Of a DNA stretch of 64,000 bases, positions 48,288 to 60,755 are shown in pieces. A program made the position numbers and the translations under genes. Source of the stretch: Camelus dromedarius (Eukaryota); the NCBI RefSeq assembly GCF_036321535.1, contig NC_087437.1, positions 11,782,001 to 11,846,000 of the forward strand, read 5' to 3'. A model generated the notes under the pieces. It ran no database searches and was not told the DNA's origin. It worked only from the letters and a program-made list of their open reading frames with translations. Each line of letters starts with the position of its first letter. Positions within the stretch are counted from its first letter, which is position 1.

Positions 48288-49468
48288 CCTTGATGGATTT
48301 TTTTCCTAACGTATACACCCATGAAACCTCTTGGATTAAAGGCTAGCAGATTTCTGACACCACGGGTGGCTCCCTCCTGCCCCCTCTCAGTCAATACTTC
48401 CCTTCCAAAGTAACCACTAATCTAACCTCTATCTCCATCAAATAATTTTTATCAAATTAAAAATTTTGTACTGATGGAATTATACAGTCTGTTCTACTCT
48501 GTTTATCTCAACATGACCATGAAATTTATCCATGTTTTAATGTGGGCAATAACATTAAAGAGCAGTCCTGAACTTGGCAAGGAATGAGTTATTTTCAGAA
48601 ATAAAAATATCACCACATCCCCACTCAAAACGATCCATTTCCCCACTAAACATGTTCTACCTACATGCTCTACATGTTCTTCATATCCTTTCTGAATAAT
48701 CCCATTCTGTTTGTTACATCTGTGATCTATTTGGACGGCCTACTTGTCACATCTAATTACAGAGTCAGATCCTGACTCCATTTGGTAGCACCATCAGATA
48801 AATAGTGATGCCTTATATTTTCGCAGACAGACATCAAAGAGCCCAGGGCACTGAAATCCTCCCAAGTCCAGTGGTGAGGGCTTCCTGGTATCCCAAGGGT
48901 GAAAGTGATTCATTTATTTCTGCATCGCTGGTTTCAAAATTCGGTTTGATTTTTTTAAGGAAACAGTGTGTTGAATGTCCCTCAGGGTCAGATTCTTGAA
49001 TATTTTTACTTCAATTACTACAGACAAGAAGGAGGAAGTGAGAAAGCCTAAAATACAGGAGAAATAAATTTAACTGCTCCATACTATGGGAAACACGGCT
49101 CTTGTGACAGTGAAGACCTGGCACAGATCTGACCCTATTCTGAGCTGTGGATATTGGGTTATCAGGGTCGGATGCCATTAAACTTTCAAATTATGTGACT
49201 GATTGTTTTTCCTCGGTTCCCACGCTAAGCAAGGACGTTTCTGATTATAGATGGGCAACCCACCAGTTCTCCTTAAGAGATGTATTTGCTCATTGTGAAT
49301 TAATTAATTGGTATGAAAACTGTATACATCAGTCTTTGTGAGCCTTGTCCAGTTGAGTTGGTATCCTTGGTCAGAACAACTTTGTTGTGCTGAATTTTTC
49401 AAGTCAGCTAGGCTGAGGGTCTGTCACCAAGAGGAAGGTGTGTCGCTACTTTTTCCCAGATGATACTC

Positions 49469-49875
49469 TGTTGAGGATGCTGTGCTGCACTGCCCAGATT
49501 CCTCCATCAGAACTAAAGGATTTATTCACTCAGCCATCGGGAAGGTTGCCATCTGTCACCTCTCTTTAGAACTGTCTCTGTCTACAGTTAGCCCACAATC
49601 AGTGACTGGTCACTGTAGAAGAATAAAGGACCTTCCTTACATTGGATGTAAACTACCTCTTGTCCTAACTGGGGACATCTCCTAAGGGCCGTCCAGCTCC
49701 AGAGCTCCCCATGGGGTAGGCAGTGGCCTTTGTTGAGACTGCATCGCAGAGTAGCTTCTACTTCTGCACGTGCCCATTTACTCTCCTTTCCACCATTGTT
49801 GACCCCAAGATAACTCCCCAAGAAATGTCTTGCATACCATATAAGAATATATTTCCTGAGAATTTTAACCTTCAA
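49469..49875 (+). mobile_element. LTR16C-like ERVL LTR
   Basis: TGTTGAGGATGCTGTGCTGCACTGCCCAGAT...CCAGCTCCAGAGCTCCCCATGGGGTAGGC...TTTGTTGAGACTGCATCGCAG. Confidence 0.7.
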
Positions 49876-49887
49876 TATATTCTCTCT

Positions 49888-50300
49888 ACCATGGACTGAA
49901 CTGTGTCTTCTTCAAAGTTCATATGTTGAAGCCCTAACCCCCAATGTGACTGTATTTGGACACAGGGTTTTTAACAAGTAATAATTTACATGAGGCTATA
50001 AGGGTGGAAGGGTGGTGCCCTAACCCCATAGGATTGGTGACCTTATACTAAGTGGAAGAAGGGGATCTCTCTCTCCCTCTCTCTCTGCCTCTCTCTCTCT
50101 CTCCAAGAGGACACACCCAGGAAAGCCTACGCGAGCATACAGCCAGAAGGCAGCTGTCTGAAAGCCAGGAGAAGAGTTTTCACCAGAACCCAACCATGCT
50201 GGTAACCTGATCTCTGACTTCCAGCCCCCAGAGTTGTGGGAAAACACACCTCTGTTGTTTAAGCCACCCGCTCTGTGGTACTTAGTTATAGCCACCCTCG
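49888..50300 (+). mobile_element. MLT1A-type LTR
   Basis: ATGGACTGAACTGTGTC...TTCATATGTTGAAGCCCTAACCCCCAATGTGACTGTATTTGGA...CTGTTGTTTAAGCCACCC...TGTGGTACTTAGTTATAGC. Confidence 0.88.
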
Positions 50301-50404
50301 CTCTTCATGTTTTCAGGTCTTCAAACTTCGAGAGCAATTAAAAGTCCGTTCACAGTACTTCATGTCCTCAGAGTGCTTTTACTTTTAAATAAGCAAACTG
50401 CTTT

Positions 50405-52460
50405 CATTCCCGGTGTTGGTAATTTGTGTTCTCTTTATTTCTAGATAGGGGTTCATTACTTTTTTTCATCTCCTTGGAGAACCAACTTTTGACTTTGCTA
50501 ATTTCCCCTATTATTTGTCCATTTCCTATTTCATTACTTCTGCCACTTTTTTTTCCCCTCAGCATTTTCTTCCTTCTACTTACTTTAGGTTTATTCTGCT
50601 CTTTTTTCTAGCTTCTTAAGGTGGAGCTTCACATCATTGAATTTAGATCTGCCTTCATTTCTAATATAAACAATTACCTCGTTAAAGTTCCCACTAAGCA
50701 CTGAAACTCATTCCTCATATTTGATATGTTATATTTTAATTATATTCAATTCAAAATATTTCTAATTTCCCTCATAATTTTTTTCTTGACCCAAGGATTA
50801 TTTACAGATGTGTGGTTTAGTTTTCAAATATTTGGGGTTTTTCTTTATATCTTGTTATTCATTTCTGGTTTAACGTTACTGTCAGAGAACATAATCATTA
50901 TGACTTTAGTCCTTTGAAATTTGTTGAGTTTTCTAGTGGTCTAGAAGGTGGTCTCTCTTGGTAAACACACCATGTACATTTGTAAAGAATGTATGACTTG
51001 TACAATTTTTGGATGTGTTGTCCTATCAACACCAAGGACAAAGTGATTAGTAATGTTCAGATCTCCCGTGCTTTTTTTTTTTTTTCTGATTTTTTAAAAA
51101 TCTGGTTCTATTAGTTTCTGAGAAGGGGTGTTATAACTCTCCAACTATAATGGTGGGATTGTTTATTTCTCATTTTAATTATGTCAATTTTTCCTCATGG
51201 ATTTTTGACATAATGCTGTTGGGGATATACATATTTATGAGTGTTTTGTCTTTCTGATGAATTGATCCTTTTATCATTATTTCTCTTCTCTAGCATGAAG
51301 TTTCATTTATTTGATATTAACACAGCCACTTTCTTAAGCTGATGGTTTTCATGGTACGTGTTTTTCCATCTATTTACTTCCCACTTATCTTGTAGAAGGC
51401 ACCTAGTTGGGTCATGCTTCTTAAATTTATTTGAAATTTTTTTTCTTCAAAGTGTTCATCTCATTAATATTTAAAGCTAATTGTTGACATGGCTACATTT
51501 AAGGCTATTATTTTATAATTTAATTTTAATTTATCTCCTCCATCTTCTGTTTCTGTTTCTCCTGGTGCTTTCGTTTGGATTAATTGAACATTTTAATAAT
51601 TCCCTTTTCATTCAGTCATTGATTTTTTTAACCTGATCTGAATTTCATTTTGTTGGTTGTTCTAGGGATTAGAACAGACCACTTTAACTTGGCACAATCA
51701 ATTTAGGGTTGATGTCGTACCAGTTTACATAAAATGCTAAAAAATAAGCTTGTAGTCATTTATGTCCATTTATGCCTTCCCCAGTTGTTTATGGTGTGGT
51801 TTTCATGGGTACCGCATCAAATTATGTTAGAAGCCCACTATATAGAAAATTTGGACTTTACATTTTCATATGTATTTAAAGTTATTAAAGGGGAATAGTT
51901 CTTCTGAAATTACTCACGCATTTACTATTTCCAGTGTTCTTCATCTTTTCTGAACATTAGCATTTCTATTAGATATCATTTGCATTCAGCCTGAAAAACT
52001 TGCCTTTGCATTTATTGTAGTACATCCAGGTCTACTGGTGATAAAATCTGTTAGTCCTCTTTTGTCTGGAAATAGCTTTACTTTACATTCATTTTTGAAG
52101 AATATTTTTGCTGAATATTGGATTCTGGATCGACAGTTTATATTTTGTTTTAGCTCTCAAAGATTTTATTTTACTCTCTTCTGATTTTAGTTGTTTCTGA
52201 TGAAAAGGCAGCAATATTTTGAACTGCTTGTTAAATGTAATGTTACTTTTCTCTGACGAGTTTTAAGCTTTTTCTCTTTATCTTTAGAATTTAACAGTTT
52301 AACCAGGATAAACCTTGATGTGATTTTCTTTGTATTTCTCTTGTTTGGCTTTGCTAAACTTCTTGCATCCATACACTTGTGTTTCACCAAATTTGGAAGC
52401 ATTTTTGCCACTATTTCTTCAATTATATATATTTTATAATCCTCTCTCCTTTCCTCTGGG
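50405..52460 (-). mobile_element. Old L1M fragment (ORF2 N-terminal part to ORF1)
   Basis: ORF 52187-52411(-) (AKMLPNL...KKITSRFILVKLLNSKDKEK) is L1 ORF1-like; EN-type CTCTCCAACTATAATGGTGG at ~51137. Confidence 0.8.
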
Positions 52461-53091
52461 CTTCCACTATAAGAAAGTACATATTTGGTTCAAACTCTTG
52501 AAATGTAATTTAAAAAATATGTTCCTTTATAATAAAATAATTTAAAATGTTGAAATTTGAGTTGGTATGCAATGTAATTTCTTAATTTTCTTTCCAAGAG
52601 TTAATGTTCCCAAGCATTGTAAACTGAGTGTAATATCTATTTTTATGCAAATTTTTAATCCTCTTAAAGGGATTTCCTGTCTTCTTCACATACAATTTTC
52701 TTACCTTTAGATGTTTTCCATGTGATTGTAAGATTTTGAGTTCTCTTGGGAATCTTCATGTGGAGGCAGATATGTTACCAAAAGTCATTAGTGGGAGATT
52801 AAACAGGTGTGATCTGAAACCAGTGGTGGATTTAGACAGTACTTTTGTTATTTAACTCATTCATATGACCAGGTGAAATATTCTCAGACCCAGAGGAAAT
52901 TCTACTATCTCTTGTTTTAAGGAGTCAGAGCATTTGATATTGTATCTCCTCTTCATAAGGCAATGCTCTCTCATTTCAATGTGATATTTCCATTTCTGGT
53001 TGAGAAGAGATAAATCAACAGCATGTGTTGGCTGCAACACGTTAGGTTTATGGTGATATTATTGTGCGAAGCAACCACAGACAGATTCATA

Positions 53092-53131
53092 GCATTTTGG
53101 AACTGTAGGGCATTTTGGAACTGTAGGGCAT
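53092..53131. repeat. Perfect 18-bp tandem duplication
   Basis: GCATTTTGGAACTGTAGG at 53092-53109 and 53110-53127, followed by GCAT. Confidence 0.95.
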
Positions 53132-54319
53132 CATTCTCCTGCTTCAGCTTTAAACCATGCAGACAAATACGGACCTAACCCAGTTTATTGAATTTTTTTA
53201 AAAAAAAGCAATTCCCTTCATCAGTACTTTTCAGGATGTTTGTCTCAGAATTTAACAGCTTATTCTCAGCTAGTTATTTTTCTTACATAAAAACAATTTA
53301 TTTGCTCCCAAGACAACAAATACCAACTTTTTGATGATACGGCAAAGATGTAAATGTTTGCAATTTAACATAAGTTTTATTTTTAAATAAGCAAGTGCCC
53401 TGGGAAAAAAATTAGTATCGTAACAAATCAGCGAGAAATAAAAATTCTATATTGCAAAATACCAGTTACTTCAAAGTAATCAATGTCACAAGTATGTGCT
53501 GTAATTCAGGAATATGCCTTCACTTTCACAGTCAGGCAGGGTATCATTCTTTTTCTGATCACAGCACCTCCTGAGATCACAGAGCAGAGGCCAACCATAT
53601 AGAGAGGGAAAGGAGGAGGAATGTAGCGAAGTGTTACACTACTGTAGCATCAGAGATACAGCTACATCAGGCAGTGGAGGGACCAGGTGAGTAAGGAAAG
53701 GAGCAAATACTTAGGATTGCAACTCTGATCTACTTCTTCTTTGTTAATGTCTAGGTATGGGATGGGATTGACATGACCACCTAAGAAGTAGGTAGTAATG
53801 TATTATTTTAATGTCCAGTAACTTTGGGGCAGTTTTCTTAATCAAGTAATTTACATTTAGTGTTTCTTAATTATTCCATACTATTGATTACCTTTGTTAC
53901 ATGTACACATCAGAATGGCAAATATATTTTAAATTACTGGATATAATTTTACTTACATTTGCATAAAATCTATCTGAGCACACTTTAACTCTTATTTTTC
54001 AACCATGGTTTTTGATTTTCTACTTCTTGCAACCCGTATTATGTTGAGCATTTGAGAGTTAACTGTGCTCTTATGGCTTTTTTCTCTCCTATGCCCAAAG
54101 AATTGCCATCACCTCTGAAAAAGAAATAGTAAGGATGGCCCTTGCCTCAAAAGGTTTGCAATCCAGTTGGACAGACAGATGCAGAGTAAGAGAGTGATTC
54201 TACACCACACATACAGGCATCACACCTTGAGAGGGTTGTTTTATTCAAGTTGATCCAGAGGAACTCCCAGGCAAGAACAGACTCTTGTGCCTTGAAGATG
54301 GATGCTACGCGGTCTACAG

Positions 54320-54493
54320 CAGGGTTCCCTAACCTCAGCACTCCTAGGCTTTTGGGTCAGATAAGGCTTTATTGTGAGGAGATGTCCTGAGAAGGAGGTC
54401 TAGCAGCATCCTTAGCCTCTACCCATTTTTGACAACCAAAAATATTTCCAGATGTCCTTTGGGAGCAAAGCTGCCCCCAAATGAGAACCACTG
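54320..54493. mobile_element. MER20 (opposite orientation to the copies at 15087 and 19547)
   Basis: CAGGGTTCCCTAACCTCAGCACT...TAGCAGCATCCTTAGCCTCTACCCA...GCCCCCAAATGAGAACCACTG. Confidence 0.8.
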
Positions 54494-55411
54494 CTCTAGG
54501 CATGCAGCCAATATACAGAAAACACTTTGAGGGTTATGTCTTAACCACATGTTAAGATAAAGGAAGTGTTTTAAAGTTCAAAAGCAAGCAATGCTGTCAC
54601 TCTTTTGAGTAAGAAGGCATATGACAACTTTGAAATTTCTGAAGTCAAGTAATAAACCTTTCAAGGAACCATTGTATTAGACTCCCAGTGAAATAATGCA
54701 CCATTAAAAGTGAACAGAGTAGAAGGATCTTTCACTGCCTGTACCCACAGGTATCTGTTTCAGTTTGGCCATTTTTACTATTCCTCCAAAAGTTTTGGAT
54801 CATTCACTAAGAAGTTTCAGCTTTTTAATTCAATCCAATCCTGTCCTATTAAGGCCAAGATCTATTGCCAGATGAATGTTACCGGGTTGGTAACGTTCCA
54901 AAAGCCCTTTCTAGTTCTAATGAAATTGTACAACCTTTTAAGAGAATAACAAGTTGCATGTGGCTGTCACAAGAAAAGAATTTTATAATACAGAATAAAC
55001 AACATAAAAGAGACACTTGCAACTTACAAAAGTCATCAGCCAAGGGGAGTGAAAATAATGGATAGGGAAAATGAAGCCATTTATCACCAGTATTTCTTCG
55101 TGTTTGAAGAGGCTTACATTCCATCATCATTATCTAGCTGCATCAGTATTGTTTAAATAAAATTGCTCATACATAATGAGGACCAGGAGTGCGTCTTTGG
55201 GAGCTCTAGTTTTCTATTTTGGGTTGCTTATTTTCTGCTTTATAGAATTTTCAGTGATATCTCACAGTCCTAAGCAATCTCCTAAAACCAATGAGTTAAA
55301 AGATCTTTTAAGATCCCTATTTAATCCATTATTTGCATCAAAGAGGCAATGTCTGATGAATGGTGTAAGGTATTACCTACCTCTAAGGTATTTGTATTGA
55401 GACAAATTACC

Positions 55412-55565
55412 AAAGTAAAGGGTTCTGTACCCAGTTCTGAAGGGAGGTGGGCGGGTTTCCCATAGCAACAAGCACTTCTCAAACACTGACCAGATGTCCT
55501 GCAGTTCAACTCAATCCTGACACCATCTACCTGAAGATAGCATCATATCCCACAGGTTCAGGTGC
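55412..55565. mobile_element. MER21-like LTR fragment
   Basis: TGTCCTGCAGTTCAACTCAATCCTGACACCATCTACCTGAAGATAGCATCATATCCCACAGGTT. Confidence 0.6.
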
Positions 55566-55619
55566 AAATCCTTGCTGTTGCCTTGCAGTCAAAATGCACG
55601 TCCAATAAACACACACGCT

Positions 55620-55812
55620 CATAATGGTTAATCTGTGTTGAGTCCTTATTATGTGTCAGAAAGTTATTTAATCCTTGTAACAATACTTGAGGTGGGTGCT
55701 TTTATTGTCTTCATTTTACACAAGATGAAATTGAGGCTTAGAGAGGTGAAGTAACTTGTCACACAGCGAGGATCTGCACCTAGGTTTGACGGTGCTTAAG
55801 TACGGTGCTCTG
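55620..55812 (-). mobile_element. MIR
   Basis: TTTAATCCTTGTAACAATACTTGAGGTGGG...CATTTTACACAAGATGAAATTGAGGCTTAGAGAGGTGAAGTAACTTG. Confidence 0.8.
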
Positions 55813-56836
55813 TTGGAAGGGAATTAGGTGCTTCAGGGCTGAGTAAAGGGCCAAACCAGCTGGACTTTCTTGTGTCAACGTGCTTTCCCCCATTGCCCTG
55901 GGTTTCCGAGTCCCCAAATGGATTTGTCATGTATTTGTCTTAAATGTTTGGAAACCAATGAACCTGATGGCCAATAAGTTTATGTCAATGGTCTTGTTAA
56001 AGCCAAGGTATGGCAGGAGTTGCATTGGGAGGAGGCAGGTATAGGACAGAGAGACTTGTAAACTATCAGTGCCTGGTGTGGTTTTGGCCCTCAGTGAATG
56101 GTAGAAACTCCTTGGCAATTCTCAGTCAACATGGGCAGAACCAGCCCATCTAACAGGGATTCTGAACCATAGTAGAAACAGGTTTCCATTGCTGGTCAGG
56201 GTGGGTGGAGAATTCCAGATCCGGCCCCTTTGTTCTCCACGTTGTGGCCTCCACCAGCCAATTAATTTTCCTTTTCTAGGCCCCCTCATGGCATGTGAGA
56301 TGACTAGATAAGAACATAATCTCTAAAAACCTCCAAGAAATGTTTGATTCTGTGAAATCTCAAGTAGGATGAGGAGTTACTGAGAAGGGAGCTGTGTTAA
56401 CGGTAGGTAAATATTCATGCTTTACTGTCTATGAATGTCTGTAATATGCTCCTTTTGCAAATAAAGAAACATTCCAGACTCCCTTCCCAATCTCTGTCCT
56501 GCTACATCTTGCATACGGAGCTGTGTGGATCCAGAGAGTGAGTTCTCTTAATAAGCTGTGTGTTCTGACAATTTTCATGGATTCATTTGCCTTTCTTTTT
56601 TATTCCTACCCACTGTGGGTGGCTGTGTGTGTGGTGATTAGAACCTGGTATTTGTAACTACGATGAACCACATTCTAGTTCTTGATTTTGGACTTACTAA
56701 TTGTGTGGCCTTGGGATGTGACCTTGGGAGAGTTCACTTAGTGGGAGACAACCCCTATGTACCAACTGCTAAACCTCTAAACCAGAAAGTTAATAACTGC
56801 TAGCTGAAGATGTGAATTAAACACGGCACTGCACAT

Positions 56837-57570
56837 TGCATTCGTTAGGGCTTTTCAGTTGAAAATAACAGAAGCTGAACTCAAACTGGCTTAAGGGAAA
56901 AAGAGATTTTTAAAAGTCTAAGACTTCAAACATAGTTAGATCCAGGTGCTCAAAGGGTTTCATCAGAATCTTTCTCCTGCCAGTTTCAAGTCTGCTTTTT
57001 CACTCTTCATTCCCAGGCAAGCTCTTCTCAAGAGGAGACAAAGAGTGGCCAGCAGCAGCTCCAGGCTTAGTCAACTCAGTGAGAAGAGGGATATTCTTTG
57101 CCAAGAGTCCCAGCTAAGTTCTTAGCCTTGAGTCTTGTTTTCATTTCTGAACCACGCATCATGGACAGATGGATGGTGCTTGCCAGTTAGCCAGGTACAC
57201 CAAGAGACTCTTAGAAAATTTGCCTTATAAAAGATCTCTGGGCTCATGCTATGTGACAATTCTCCTTGGCAGAAACTTCAAGGACTTTTGTTGAAATCCC
57301 CCTTTGAGCGATTTCAGAGTTCTGACTGTTCACTTGACTACTTTATGAGAGAACCACTTCATTAATTAGATCACGGTAGAAAATTTACTCTGAATCTTGG
57401 TCAAAGATGCTTAAAATACCAGACTTTGTTCATATGCTGCTCCTCAGAGCCTAGAGTGGGGTCTTCCCTATTCAAAGCACACTCATCAAGGACGTGGGAG
57501 AAGTGATTTCACCAAAGGTGGCTTTACCAGAAGGGGGAAATGGATGTCGGGTAGGCAAAAATAGGCGGTA
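56837..57570 (-). mobile_element. Old MLT1 (J/K-like) LTR, interrupted
   Basis: TGCATTCGTTAGGGCTTTTCAGTTGAAAATAACAGAAG...ACTCAAACTGGCTTAAG...GGATGTCGGGTAGGCAAAAA. Confidence 0.6.
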
Positions 57571-58809
57571 ACTGCATGTTACATAGCATAGCACCTGACA
57601 CAGAGCACGGTAAACTTTATATCTACGCAATAGTCAATAAATGTTTTTGAATACCTACATAAAATACGGGACTGTCCTAAGTACCAGGGATATAGTAAGA
57701 GTGTCCTCAAGAAGCTTAGGGTTTAGTAGAGAGAGGAGAAAATACAGAAAGTAGACAGGTGATTTTATTTCTCTTAAGCAGCCCATAATACAAGCAGAAG
57801 AAGTTGCTGTGGGAACTACAGTAGGGCAGCAATAACAGTCTTGGAGAAAGGAACTTCCCAGGGGAGAGCACATCTATACGGAGGCTCTTGAGGAATGTCA
57901 AGAGTTAGTAAGATAAAAGGGTAGAACTCCAAGTGTGTGTCCACTGGCTGTCTGAGCTTAAATTTTATCATCTTGTAAAAGACCATCTATCTTCAGCCTA
58001 GCTTGAGGGCTGTTGAATTCAAAAGAGAGAAAGAGGGAAGCTAACTGAAACATTCTGTCAAAATTTTGAAAACCTGCCAGCAGAGTGGAATATTCTTGGT
58101 ATGAGTACTCATTTTGGCAATACCATGCAAAAACAAAACAAAACAAAACAAAACATTTTTTAAAATGGGAGAAAATCAAAGAGAAGTTTAATAACATGTG
58201 TACATTGGAGAGACCCAAAGAATACTTTTAAGAAGACCACCATTATAACTTAACTTCCAAAGTAAGATTTATTTTGCATATTAAATAAAATAAAAATTTA
58301 AAAAACAAGCAAGTAAGATTTATTTCCAAAGAAACATGAGATTTCCTGGACAATGGGTTTAGCTAAGACTCTTACTCATCTGGATGGGATGAGGTATGGA
58401 TAATCATAAACCTAGGAGCTAGATAAGTAGCAGGTATATGGAGCAGGGGAAACTTAGGCAGAGCTGGGGTGGAAGCATGGGGACCATGCCTATGTAAGCC
58501 TGAACCAAGGCAGGTGGGAAGGCAAGGAGGGAGGAGGGAATGGCAGGTCCATCCACACTTGTGGACCTTGGAATTATGAGCATCAGATTGGTCAGAAGAT
58601 GTCAGACCACTGTGCCACAACATCCCATGCTTCTGAAAATCCCATGCTTCCAAAATTATATTACAAGTCATAGAATCCAACTTAAAGTGACTTAGAGTAA
58701 CTTAAACAAGAAAGTTGGGTTTGTTAGAAGGATGCAGGATGGATTCAGACTGAAGAACATGTTAGAAGCCAGGCCTCAATAAAAGAAAAGGTCTAGAGTG
58801 GTTTTGGAA

Positions 58810-58935
58810 ATCAGTAATTCTCAAAGTGTGGTCCCTAAGCCAGACAACAGTATCATTTTAGAACTTGTTCAAACTGCAGATTCTCATCCTCACATCAAAT
58901 GCACTGAATCAGAAACTCTAGAGCAAGACCCTGCC
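58810..58935. mobile_element. MER5A fragment within an old MLT1 remnant
   Basis: CAGTAATTCTCAAAGTGTGGTCCCT...GAACTTGTTCAAACTGCAGATTCTC...ACTGAATCAGAAACTCT. Confidence 0.7.
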
Positions 58936-60692
58936 TGGGACCTTAGAACCAGAACCTCCCCAGTCACCTCTCTAGGGCTGCCCTTGGATGAATCATCTCT
59001 TAACTGTTCTGCCCCTGGGTATCTCTACTCAATAAGCAAATCTTAAAAAGCAGCATGTGATGGGCACCTCTGGTCATATGCCCACTCCTGTGTCTGGTGG
59101 TGCACCTTGGTGATATGCTTGAAAGGCACTTCCTTCAGCCACTAGAACTGCATGAAAAGAAAAAAAAAATCCTTGAGGAAAAAGTGGGGAGAGGTGTTTC
59201 AAACAATGAGCAGATATATCAGATGGAGAATTTTGAGGCATGGGGTATAGGGTGGAATTAGTCTCTTGCCAAAGAGATTATCTGATCCCTTAACAAGATG
59301 GATTATAAAATTAAGAACTCCACAAAGAACAGGGATTCGTGTTTCTTCTCTTTCTCACTGTAAATATTCCTTGTGCTTAAAATGCTTAATTCAATATTTT
59401 TGATATTAATGAACCAAGTTTTCTAAGCATTTTTTTCTAAGTTGAAAAAGAAAAATGGCAGAAAGAGCCACTGCGCTTAGACTGACTGTCTAAAATGTCT
59501 TCCTCATCACCAGGGATGTTCTGGTACTTAGAAGTAAATATTGTGGGACCCTAGGGTGTAAGAGATGGAAAAAGAAAACAACTGGAAGTCATCCTCGTCC
59601 AGTTGTCCCATTTTAGAGATAAGAATGTTGACACCCGAAGTTTGATAGACTTACCCAAAATCACGTGGCTGCTCTTTATGAGACGGTATGGTATTTGGTT
59701 GGAAGTGACTCCAATGTCTATTTTCCAATCTATGGCCAACCTAGAGAAAATTAGTCATTCACTGGCAAAGTCTCTTAAAAGACCTGGAAGTTGGCAATCT
59801 GGCTTGGCCCGTGCTCCTTTTTTCCCTTCAGTCTCATCCATTAATCCAGCCAGCCAGCATTCAGCCATCTATTCATTTAGTACTCAATTAATGCTTCCTC
59901 AAAAGAGCTAATCATACAAAGATGAACAAGAATGGACCTCGCTCTTTGGCGTGGGTCCAAGCCTAGAAGCGTTCTGACTCCTGGTTTAGGTGTTCCATTT
60001 CTTATATATTAAAGCAACAAAGAGACTACTGGCTGATATGATAGAGACAGGAGCCAAAAGCTTGACTTTGCTTTGACCTGTCCTGCCCCTTGTAGGTTCT
60101 TTCTCTGTTTTCATTGTGCCTACTGTGATGAGTTAGGATTTTCTATACTTTGATCTACTGGAAAGAAAGTTTTGTAAGGCTAGAACCAAAAACTAATCGA
60201 ATAAAATTACTTAGGAAAATCCTACAGTCCTGTTCTAGAAAGAAAGACCCATAGTATTTGGGGAAGGGATGGAGGTGATCTGCTTTAGAAATGCTGCTTA
60301 ATGTGTTTTGCAATAACAAACGCTCTGTCTTGTATTATATCTGGAAATCCAACCCTGAATGTCTCTAGAGATCTAAGAGTGGGAGCTCTGTGTGGAAGCA
60401 GTGACATTGCTTTTCATCTTGACAAACAGATCAACCCATTTGTGGACCCTAGAATCTTAGATCTTTAGCAATTCTACATCCACTCTTAAGTTCTACATCC
60501 TGATCTTCTCCAACAATTACACAATTGTGCAAATGGATCTTACACTATGGAGGAGAAAAGGACAGTGACACTGGCCTTTTGTTCTTTCCTTGAAAATACT
60601 GAAGTCATAACTCCCACCTCAGGGTCTTGCATGTGCTGTTCTCTCTGCGGACAGGCTATTAAGTCTTCACATGGCCAGCTCATTCTTTATTG

Positions 60693-60693
<1 letters not shown>

Positions 60694-60750
<57 letters not shown>
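60694..60750. repeat. (TTA)19 microsatellite forming the tail of the adjacent L1
   Basis: Pure TTA run immediately abutting the L1 3' end. Confidence 0.95.
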
Positions 60751-60755
<5 letters not shown>

